From: a virus | DNA length: 64,000 bases | IMG/VR virus record: IMGVR_UViG_3300013104_000022 | Coordinates: 1 to 64,000 of that record | Strand: one strand, 5' to 3' | Position numbers and translations under genes: made by a program | Part shown: piece by piece, positions 56,901 through 64,000 of the stretch | Layout: every line of letters begins with the position of its first letter | How positions within the stretch are numbered: position 1 is the stretch's first letter | Notes under the pieces: model-generated | Databases searched by the model: none | The model's input: only the letters and a program-made list of their open reading frames with translations | What the model was told of the DNA's origin: nothing

Positions 56901-59900
56901 CTCATCGAAGTAGGCCGAAACAAGGTTGAGCTTGTCGTAGGGACCAATTACGTCGTAGGGGTTCTCGTTAACGTAGGACGAGTAACCGACATGGGAAGCG
57001 CCAGTGGTCTTCCAGAAGTTGAGGAAATCCTCATTCTTCTTGTTGTCACCCATCCAGTCGTGAGCTACTTGGTAGCCCGCGTCTCCCCACGCCTGAGTAC
57101 CGGGGTACTTAGCGTCATCGAAGAGGTAGTCGTAGCTCTTGGCGGGGACAATGCCCTCCGTCCATACAGGGGGGTCGGAGAGTTCCGTATCGCCCTGCTG
57201 AGCGCGCCAAGCGGCCTTAGCGGACAGAGAGTCCACAAAGGACTTGTTACCGTTCTTGTGCCACTGCACCCACGAGCGCTTCTCGCTAGCGGAGAGGTGC
57301 TGAGGGTTCTGCATTTGAGCCTTGATGAGGTAATTATCAAGCTCGGGGGCAGACCACTTCTGAGTGTTGAGGGTCGTCCAGCTACCCTCGACTTCTCCAC
57401 CGGCAGGAACCTCACCCTTGACAGCGGCACCCCAAGTGATCTTGTTGGTGTCCTTGTTACCCACGTAACCGGGGTGGAGGTAGCCAGCTACGTGAGGGAT
57501 ACCCTTCTGAGAAGCGCCGGAAACCTCAAGATCATACATTTCCTTGAAGTTACCCTGAGCGAGGTGCTGACCCCACTGAATCTTGTCGCCCTTGCTCGCA
57601 AGGTGCTGACCGATGATGTTTCCGTCACCGAAGAAGCTGGATGCCGTGTTTACCCAGTCAGTTGCTTCCTTCGCTGAGAAGTCGTAGGTGATGGGGTTAG
57701 CCGCGACGAACAAAGGCATTTCAGCCTGTCCGATACCGTCGAACGTGAACAGTTCAGCGGCATTGGACTCGTGCTCTTCTACATCGATACCGTCCGTGAT
57801 GTCCTGAGCGTACTTGTGGAAGTACTTACCCATCTGCATCTTGGAATCGTAATCCGAGAGATCGACGCCCTGATCCTTGAGGAAACGGACGGCAGTATTG
57901 TTGTCGATGGTTAGACCGACAAGCTTGAGGGTAGTAGCCTTCCAGTCCTTTACGGGGTCACTGGTGTTCTTCAGGATGTCTGCAAGTTGCTGTCCCGTAG
58001 TGGTTCCACCGAGGAACAGAAGCGATCCGCTGTAGCCCTCAGGAACGATGGACGTAGCGTACTGATCAAGAAGGGCACCCTGAGCGAACTTCGTCTCTAG
58101 GCTCTTCTTCTGAGCGGGAGAAGGGTCACCGTAACCCAGGTGGGTAATGGTGTTGTTGGCCCAGTACTTCTCGTCGGTGTCGTTGGCCTCTTCAGCCGTC
58201 TCGTCGTTAAGCCACTTGCCGTGAGTTTTGGTAAACGTCTTACTAATCGTCTTACCGAGGCTGTAGTCGTACTTGGAGAATGCATACTGAGCGCCGTCAG
58301 GAGCATCATTGAGCCACGAGTTGTTGATCTCGCCGCCGACCTTGACACCCTTGCCTGTAAGCGGCTTGAACTGAGTGTAGGTTCCGTCCTTGACGACGAT
58401 CTTCGTGGCCTTACCCGAAGCGGGTAGACCGATGAAGTACTCACCGTCAGGGATGCCCTCAGCCTTCTTAGCCTTCTTGGGCGCGGGCTTGGTGAGAACA
58501 GACTCATTGAGCGAGGGAGCGGCCTCAGAGTCCCCAAGGAACTTGTTCATGCCACCGTCGTAGTTCTTCTGGACGGCGTTAGGAGTCAGCTTCTTAGGCT
58601 TACCGCTCTTGTCCACATACACACCTGAGCCGTCTTCGTTGACGTACATGAAGACCTTACCGGTCGTCGTGTACTTACCGGCAGAGACCTTGTTGGTCTC
58701 TTCAGGGGTGGCGGATGGAGCCGATAGCTCATCGGTTCCCGACTTGTACATGTACAGCCCTTCGTCTGCGAGGTTCTTAACGGAGGGGGAGTCGATGGGG
58801 TACATCTTCTCTCCCGAGTCGTTATGAACGTACCAGGAGTCGGGGTGCTTTACAAGGTGAGTGGAATTGTTCTTCTTTAGTACTTTCAGTGCGGTACCGT
58901 CAGGGAGTCCTTCGAGAGATTCAGAGTTGACCTTCTCAGGCTTTTCGTGGTATAGGGGGATGTTCGCGTCGAGGATCGAGGCAGTCGTCATGTTGTAGTT
59001 CTTATCGCCATACATGACAGTCCACGAAGAATCGAAGTTCTTTACGAAAGCCCCTTGAGGGGTCTGGGAATCCCAAAGGGTCTTACCTAGAGGTGCTGTC
59101 TCGATGTCGTGAACGGTTGCCTTATTGAGAACAATCTCAAACGTCTCCGGAACAGAGTCAGGTGTGGTGTTGGGTACCTCTCCAACTTCAAGGTTGGCCG
59201 CATAGTGAACCCAGACATCTTCGCCCGAGTACTCAGCGCCAGAAGCGTTAGCCTTCCACATGCCGTTTTCCAGCATCGTGAAGGAGTACTTTTCCTGCTT
59301 CTCTTCGGTATCAAGTTCTGGGTTAATGAGCTTCGTGCCAGCGGGGGCGGTAGCCAGGATAGCGGGGGTTAGCTTATCTCCTACCTTGGTGCTGGAATCG
59401 TCAAAAACAACATCTTCGATCTTATCGTCGGCGGGGTCTCCCGCGTCAACGTCAAGAACTTCATTCTTCTCTGGCTTGTTGATAGAGATAGCGTCGAGAT
59501 CGCTCTTTTCAAGTCCCCACACGTCGGGGATGGACTTTACCTGCCAAGCACTAGAAAAGGTCTGTCCGTCGAGGAGAGCCTTGATATCAGACTGATCATA
59601 GATGGTTCCGTTGCTGGATTCCCAGGTGCCTCCGGACAACTTCTTGAAGGAGGTGTTACCGGACTCACTACCAATGACTGTACCCAAGGGGTAGTAGTCG
59701 AAGGCATTGCTCATGGCCGGGATGGTCTCTCCCGAAGCAATGGACTTGTAGATAGCCTTACCAAAAACGTTCTTGTCGGGGGCAATCGTGCTGTCTGGCA
59801 TGACAATGTTGTCTGCCATTTCGGCAATTGAAGGAAGCTTCATCTTGGAAAGCTTCGACTCAGATGCTTCCGGAGTAGGCGCGTCAATACCGTCAGCGAT

Positions 59901-62900
59901 AGACGCGAGGTTGTCTACGACAGCCTGATCAGCCTTGTCTTCGATGTCCGCTACGGGATCGTCGTCCCCGAGCACTTCCTTGAGGTGATCGATGAACTTC
60001 TGCTTTGTAACAGACTTGTCCTTATTGAACCCAACAATAGGGTTGGGATCGAGCTTACCGAGGGCATTGCCCTTCTTGTTTAGCTCGCTCTTGAAGTTCT
60101 TACCCTGGAAGCTTTCAAGGATGTTGATAGCGTCCTGGATATCCTCAGCGGTGAAGTCGCCTCCGTCCCAGCCTTGCACACCGGTCTTCTTGGGTGCCTC
60201 CGCGCCGATCTTGTAGACCTTGGTCTGACCGATCTTGACAGCCTTGGCTTCCTGAATTGATCCATACTTCTTGAGATAAGCGACGAAGGCGGGCTTTGGC
60301 TTTAGCTCGGGGAATTCCTTCTGAGCAAGTTCCTTGAGAACTGCCTGGTTCTTGGCAATCTTGTTATCAGGAACAGCCTTGAGACCGTAGCTGATCTGGA
60401 AGCCAGAGTGGGATTCGAGAGAGTTGAGAGCTTCAACAATCTCTGCCTTTTCGAACTTTCCTAGAGAGCCGTAGGGGACTTCGAGAAGTTCCTTCTCCCA
60501 GTCTGCGAGAATTTCCTCGCCGGGGATTGGTCCCATACCAATGTATGTGGCGGGGATACCGTCATGCAGGTTCATCACAAGATCGTCTTGTGGAACAAGA
60601 ATGTCAAAGCCGGGGGCGCTGTAGTTGAACCAGCTGGACTTTGTGAAGATTACACCCTTTACGTCATCCGTACCCATGTGTACTTGCGCACCGAGAGGCA
60701 TGGATGCGAACTCGACATCTGTAGTGATAGGGGTACCCGGCTGAACTACCTCACCTGTAGCGGGAACGGTGAAGGGAACAGGGTTGTCTCCGACAGGAAT
60801 GACCGAGTCTACGACAACCTTCTTGCCCTTGAGGTCAGCCTGTGTGATAGGCGCTCCGGTAGCGGTGTCTACAAGGCCGTTGTCGGAAGGAGCGAACTTC
60901 TTACCTCCAACGTCTAGAGACATGTTGGAAGGAAGTTGGGTTACCTCTTCTACGGAAGATACATCAAGCTCAGTACCTTCCTTGATACTCTTACCGTCAG
61001 CGATACCATCTTCGTTTACGAAATCGTCGGGAGCACCATCGTTCGTCCAGTAGTCGAACTGGCTTCCGGGAGCGTTGTAGAGAAGGTCTTCAGTAGACCA
61101 CTCGTAATCGGTGTCCCCTTCTCTCCACCCGGTCTTAGTTCTCTCAAACTTTAGACTAGAACCGTCCTTCTGACCGATGATAATGATCTTATCGCCTACG
61201 GGTACATCTACGACAGACTGAGGGAAAAAGAGCTTCCAGTCCTTGGGAACGGAAGGGGGCGTCTTTTCGCCGGTAGTAAGGAAATTCTTGACACCCTTAG
61301 GCTCGGCAGGAGCGAGGTCAGCGGTTTCCGCGATGCTCTGCTGAATGCTGTTGTCGATTTCCTCTTCGGCCGACATTGGCTCAGCCTTCAGCCAAGCATC
61401 CTTGCCTAGAGCGTCTGAAATGCCCGCCTTGAAGTTGTCCGCGTCTTCCCCTTCTAGGACTTCCTTCTTGCCCTTTGTGATACCAGAGGTGTTGTGGAAG
61501 TATCCGTTGTGGTCGATCCACTGGCCGTTGTTTGTCTTGACAAAGTTCTTAGGAGACTTGTTAGGGTCGTGATCCACCGCAATAACGGAACCTGCTTCCA
61601 GGTCGTCTAGCTCACCGTCCGATAGTCCGTCAACCTTGAGCTTTTCAAGCTTCTCCTTGGAGAGCTTGGCGTTCTTGGCCTGGATAGCGCTATTGCCCAG
61701 AGAATCCGTCACATAGGCCTTGTTACCAAGGTAAATGCTCAAGGTCTCGTCGGATACGTTGAGGGGAAGAGCACTGTCGGGGTTCCAGGGGTCGCCGTCT
61801 CGTCGGAACCAGGAGCCGTTGACCTTCTCGAAAGAGTTGAATTCGTCCGATGTCTTAATAAATACGAATTCGCCCTTCTTGAGAGAAGTGAGGTCGCCGT
61901 CGAACTTCTTAGCGTTCGGGATTCCCTTGAAATCTGTCTCTCCCTCTACAGGAGCGTCGGCAGGGTAAATCTGGATGTCGCTGTTCTTCCACCAAGAACC
62001 GTACTTGACGGTGCCGTTCTTGTTGGACTTGTACTTTACAGCAACCTTCTTCTTGTTCTTGGGGTCGGTGCCGATTTCAAGAATCGTACCGCCGCCTACC
62101 TCGTCACCCTTCTTGAGGTCACCGATCTTGATCTTGGTGACCTTGGGCTTCTCAGGAGCGGCCTTGGGCTGAGGAGCCTGAGACATCCAGTCCTCGGTGC
62201 TGAAGGACGTAGGCTTGGACGCAAGGTACTCTTCCTTGGAGCGAGGAGCCTTTTCTAGCTCAGCGGCGTTTCCGCCCTCTTCTGTGAAAGACTGTTCACT
62301 CTTCCAGCGCGCGCCGTCGAGGTCTACGAACGGGAAGGGGTCTACGAATGGTGCCTCTGCGGCCTTGGAAGGGGTCTCAGAGGACTTAGGAGCGCTCTTA
62401 GGTGTGGTAGCCGGGGTATCAGTCTTCTCAGCCGCTACCGGAGCCTCAGCGGTCTTGGACTTAGCGTTGAGGGGCTTGGTGTCCTCAGGGTCGGGAATGA
62501 AGTCAGGAACGTCGTCAGCTTCCACGCTAGCGGGAGTGATCTTCTCCTGATCGCCCTTCTGACCTTCAGGGGAAATACCGGAAAGCTTGTCCTTGAGGGC
62601 AAACATGACTGCTGGGTGCACAGGAGCACCCGTCGCGGAAGTCCAGTTGCCTTCTTCGGTCTTGGTGAGAATGTCAGGATCAACTTCTTCACCCTTGTCC
62701 AGTACAAGCTGATCTCCTGCTTCGTACTGGCTGATCTCGGCGTCGAACTCTTCCTTTGTCTCGAACTTTCCGAAATCGATCTCCTTCGGAACGCCAACGT
62801 CCTGAAGTTCATCATCTTGCTCAGGGGAGGTGGCCTGTAGCTCACCGGAGTCCACCAAAGGCTGAAGCTTGTCGCTCGTGATGTCAATGTCGAGATCGGC

Positions 62901-63668
62901 GTGCTTCCAGGTTCCGTCTTCCTGCTTGACGAACTGAGGGGTTAGCTCAGAGTCTCGAAGAACCTGACCGGCTGGCATGTCTGCCAAAGAGGAAGAGACC
63001 TCAGGAGCATCCTTCTTAGAATCTTCGGAGTCGAAGACAGAGGGAACGTAGTCAGTGTCCGTAAGATCGCCGTTGAGCTTTTCAACGAGAGCTTCCATGT
63101 ACACTTCGGGGAACTTGACTTCGCCCTTGGACATGAAGACGTGACCCTTACCCTCAGGGTCGATGAGGAAAGCGCGGTCGTCCTTGGTCTTAGAACGGAA
63201 GAGCTTCGATCCTTCAGGAACGTTGAATTCCTTGTCACCGATCTTGAACTTCTTCGGTCCCGACAAAGAAGAATTTTCTACCTTAGCCTTTGGCTTGGGC
63301 TGAACTACAGCCGCGCCGTTGGCTTGCATCAATTTCTTGTTTGTTCCGGAGACCGGAGTCGGAAGCATCGAACCGGACTTATCAGCGGCCTTGTCAGGTA
63401 CAGGCCCAGAGGGAGTCTGCGTGGTCTTTACAGACCCCGGCTTCATCTTTCCGGTCTGGGGATCATACTTTGTACCTAGGGTACCTACACCGCCAGAGCC
63501 GCCAGAAGACGAGGCAGAACCTTCCTTAGCGGAGGCGTGCTTCTTCTTGGCACGGAGAATAGCGTCTGCGGTAATCGGAGCACCGATGGGCAGGTCGAAG
63601 TACGCCGATCCACCAGGGGTACGGACCTTACGGATGCCCGCGAGCTTTACGAAAAACTCTTCAGTCAC
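53958..63668 (-). CDS. Giant 3236-aa multidomain protein with repeats, HipA/PI4K-like kinase domain and C-terminal ADP-ribosyltransferase-like domain
   Basis: Uninterrupted ORF; AVFKP...E...DYFLQNDDTHHRN...IDKGRAF; GGLLST...GGADYVFSR...NEVM. Confidence 0.75.
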   Translation of the reverse strand: MTEEFFVKLAGIRKVRTPGGSAYFDLPIGAPITADAILRAKKKHASAKEGSASSSGGSGGVGTLGTKYDPQTGKMKPGSVKTTQTPSGPVPDKAADKSGSMLPTPVSGTNKKLMQANGAAVVQPKPKAKVENSSLSGPKKFKIGDKEFNVPEGSKLFRSKTKDDRAFLIDPEGKGHVFMSKGEVKFPEVYMEALVEKLNGDLTDTDYVPSVFDSEDSKKDAPEVSSSLADMPAGQVLRDSELTPQFVKQEDGTWKHADLDIDITSDKLQPLVDSGELQATSPEQDDELQDVGVPKEIDFGKFETKEEFDAEISQYEAGDQLVLDKGEEVDPDILTKTEEGNWTSATGAPVHPAVMFALKDKLSGISPEGQKGDQEKITPASVEADDVPDFIPDPEDTKPLNAKSKTAEAPVAAEKTDTPATTPKSAPKSSETPSKAAEAPFVDPFPFVDLDGARWKSEQSFTEEGGNAAELEKAPRSKEEYLASKPTSFSTEDWMSQAPQPKAAPEKPKVTKIKIGDLKKGDEVGGGTILEIGTDPKNKKKVAVKYKSNKNGTVKYGSWWKNSDIQIYPADAPVEGETDFKGIPNAKKFDGDLTSLKKGEFVFIKTSDEFNSFEKVNGSWFRRDGDPWNPDSALPLNVSDETLSIYLGNKAYVTDSLGNSAIQAKNAKLSKEKLEKLKVDGLSDGELDDLEAGSVIAVDHDPNKSPKNFVKTNNGQWIDHNGYFHNTSGITKGKKEVLEGEDADNFKAGISDALGKDAWLKAEPMSAEEEIDNSIQQSIAETADLAPAEPKGVKNFLTTGEKTPPSVPKDWKLFFPQSVVDVPVGDKIIIIGQKDGSSLKFERTKTGWREGDTDYEWSTEDLLYNAPGSQFDYWTNDGAPDDFVNEDGIADGKSIKEGTELDVSSVEEVTQLPSNMSLDVGGKKFAPSDNGLVDTATGAPITQADLKGKKVVVDSVIPVGDNPVPFTVPATGEVVQPGTPITTDVEFASMPLGAQVHMGTDDVKGVIFTKSSWFNYSAPGFDILVPQDDLVMNLHDGIPATYIGMGPIPGEEILADWEKELLEVPYGSLGKFEKAEIVEALNSLESHSGFQISYGLKAVPDNKIAKNQAVLKELAQKEFPELKPKPAFVAYLKKYGSIQEAKAVKIGQTKVYKIGAEAPKKTGVQGWDGGDFTAEDIQDAINILESFQGKNFKSELNKKGNALGKLDPNPIVGFNKDKSVTKQKFIDHLKEVLGDDDPVADIEDKADQAVVDNLASIADGIDAPTPEASESKLSKMKLPSIAEMADNIVMPDSTIAPDKNVFGKAIYKSIASGETIPAMSNAFDYYPLGTVIGSESGNTSFKKLSGGTWESSNGTIYDQSDIKALLDGQTFSSAWQVKSIPDVWGLEKSDLDAISINKPEKNEVLDVDAGDPADDKIEDVVFDDSSTKVGDKLTPAILATAPAGTKLINPELDTEEKQEKYSFTMLENGMWKANASGAEYSGEDVWVHYAANLEVGEVPNTTPDSVPETFEIVLNKATVHDIETAPLGKTLWDSQTPQGAFVKNFDSSWTVMYGDKNYNMTTASILDANIPLYHEKPEKVNSESLEGLPDGTALKVLKKNNSTHLVKHPDSWYVHNDSGEKMYPIDSPSVKNLADEGLYMYKSGTDELSAPSATPEETNKVSAGKYTTTGKVFMYVNEDGSGVYVDKSGKPKKLTPNAVQKNYDGGMNKFLGDSEAAPSLNESVLTKPAPKKAKKAEGIPDGEYFIGLPASGKATKIVVKDGTYTQFKPLTGKGVKVGGEINNSWLNDAPDGAQYAFSKYDYSLGKTISKTFTKTHGKWLNDETAEEANDTDEKYWANNTITHLGYGDPSPAQKKSLETKFAQGALLDQYATSIVPEGYSGSLLFLGGTTTGQQLADILKNTSDPVKDWKATTLKLVGLTIDNNTAVRFLKDQGVDLSDYDSKMQMGKYFHKYAQDITDGIDVEEHESNAAELFTFDGIGQAEMPLFVAANPITYDFSAKEATDWVNTASSFFGDGNIIGQHLASKGDKIQWGQHLAQGNFKEMYDLEVSGASQKGIPHVAGYLHPGYVGNKDTNKITWGAAVKGEVPAGGEVEGSWTTLNTQKWSAPELDNYLIKAQMQNPQHLSASEKRSWVQWHKNGNKSFVDSLSAKAAWRAQQGDTELSDPPVWTEGIVPAKSYDYLFDDAKYPGTQAWGDAGYQVAHDWMGDNKKNEDFLNFWKTTGASHVGYSSYVNENPYDVIGPYDKLNLVSAYFDEKEAEYQAELLKPVYSMVKKLAGGQNTTWLLRDQFERKAVFKPIAHNKGSEALFRVEVENAGNNLGLAAGFHVPESSIGQVGEDTGQIQKFIENQGDFSGIDLTTLTDTQLAQVAGHQVLDYFLQNDDTHHRNLMLDKDGNVVGIDKGRAFLAYGTYEGLAPDPKNSHMSYNMLSSDNLVYAVMIDRMRKGDFTPEQAREAYLGAMKAARRINRMSDEQVSELVREGVKNRPANKWGYKDYHYFAGKDVLDKVPNNSDELVERVLEYKADIPEKVQAMYDAVFEAAGWDKPEMPKEAIPGHTSGWQEESTVEKALATKVFGNSALHSSGSIVGGSSLVWTETDTSDKEVVKGSLKIGKFLGKQLGQTLQSLTQGSSKKVTVSTDSNASSFPDTKALKSAISAAGKNLTKNINLSPDNKNFDPAVWAAFDENAKKVDSDLEFYTPELLDSSEDVKFPSGNIVPANYVSQYHMALLHYKGQIEKVNKAKENDTPTNKADFTQYTVTPLNGKFVTYTNPKKGEQYKQLNNEKFVYVSTKGGLKTSIVNSLPDDAKALKGGWTAEGVSVDEPVSPVKVKLVASHVASGELSQSGVFKQDGGKTTKAQTGSQFEMTLPTGEVIAFRNYDYTNAFESQNNKLFFQTAGDDHQASLARIEEYLATLDVDMSGAEDPEVLYWRSMFHRVVASGAGGSKISAAREKVMKKAKEGAQKLGKSNYGVGIHDTGEAIAMAFPEEELSFYRNLANETWGTDHVAKFLSEDRHLPKYQHMNLNDGSLNTGHAYWERIDVELEELQKQGTLLAVAAKGKDDAILRYITSGGLLSTEVRSRMAPHTGASQSEDQNRGGADYVFSRVTKGNNALTSMGNLNKGKHTVFLSPEVLLHNDTYGYESDNFGATDAMQNSNYDPKKLLNMTDSTNEVMIKDTLSILDYIELMVFDKAEKRNEAIQRLKALGWEKIRGLPVEDRLVMRQNLEQAITKVKASWK

Positions 63669-63762
63669 TAGCTGTGCTCCAAGTCAGGAAGATTCTTTAC
63701 AGTCTCAGTCTATCGTACCAGAGACAGAAAATTCTTACTTTTGAAAGAACCTTGTGAACCTA

Positions 63763-63999
63763 CTATCGGACAGAGGACATGATACGGCTGAGTGCCGTAG
63801 ACATTCTCTGCGTAGAGGTCGCATTTCGATACTCATCCATCTCGCGGGCGAAGTCTCCGAGGAGTTCCTTCATACGAGAGGTGTTACCGAGCTTCCGTGC
63901 TACAAGAATCTGTCTCCTGAGGGAGCGTAGCCTAATCATCGACGCCTGTCCAGGGGATGTGTCTGCCCTGCGGACAACACCACCGGAGGCGCTACCCAC
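63763..63999 (-). CDS. 3' end of a hypothetical protein (probably starts outside the window)
   Basis: Open to the window edge. Confidence 0.55.
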   Translation of the reverse strand: MGSASGGVVRRADTSPGQASMIRLRSLRRQILVARKLGNTSRMKELLGDFAREMDEYRNATSTQRMSTALSRIMSSVR

Positions 64000-64000
64000 A

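Noticed and set aside
494-63744. Many plus-strand ORFs, some of 200-390 aa
   Set aside because: Antisense shadows of well-supported minus-strand genes; no recognisable motifs.

Overview
A 64-kb segment of a large, apparently lytic, siphovirus-type actinobacteriophage. Essentially all real genes are on the minus strand; the plus-strand ORFs are antisense shadows. In transcription order (right to left) it holds: a giant 3236-aa multidomain protein; a head module (protease/scaffold, decoration, major capsid); a ~10.5-kb block of fibre/FN3/PKD/collagen accessory virion genes; neck genes, a glycosyltransferase and the tail module (major tail, frameshifted chaperones, tape measure, Dit, minor tail); holin-like membrane genes; a replication/recombination block (SNF2 helicase, FliA/WhiG-like sigma, MazG-like, DnaB, ThyX, prim-pol, HolA/HolB-like, PolA, SSB, RuvC-like, RecA, oligoribonuclease); and a tRNA region with 14 canonical tRNA genes, 2 atypical tRNA-like genes and a ~780-nt GOLLD-like ncRNA. 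Main discovery: each of the two large tRNA operons starts with a promoter, a leaderless mini-ORF and a mutually exclusive antiterminator/terminator pair. Leader MNAFLYHELDFPS lists exactly the amino acids of its downstream tRNAs (Phe, Leu, Tyr, His, Glu, Asp, Pro). Leader MMFIQTSKRTGSAVANSGTSGG uses the complementary set and precedes the Ser-led operon that runs off the window. This suggests ribosome-mediated attenuators that sense tRNA shortage and switch on phage tRNA supply. All calls were made by eye; no database searches were run.
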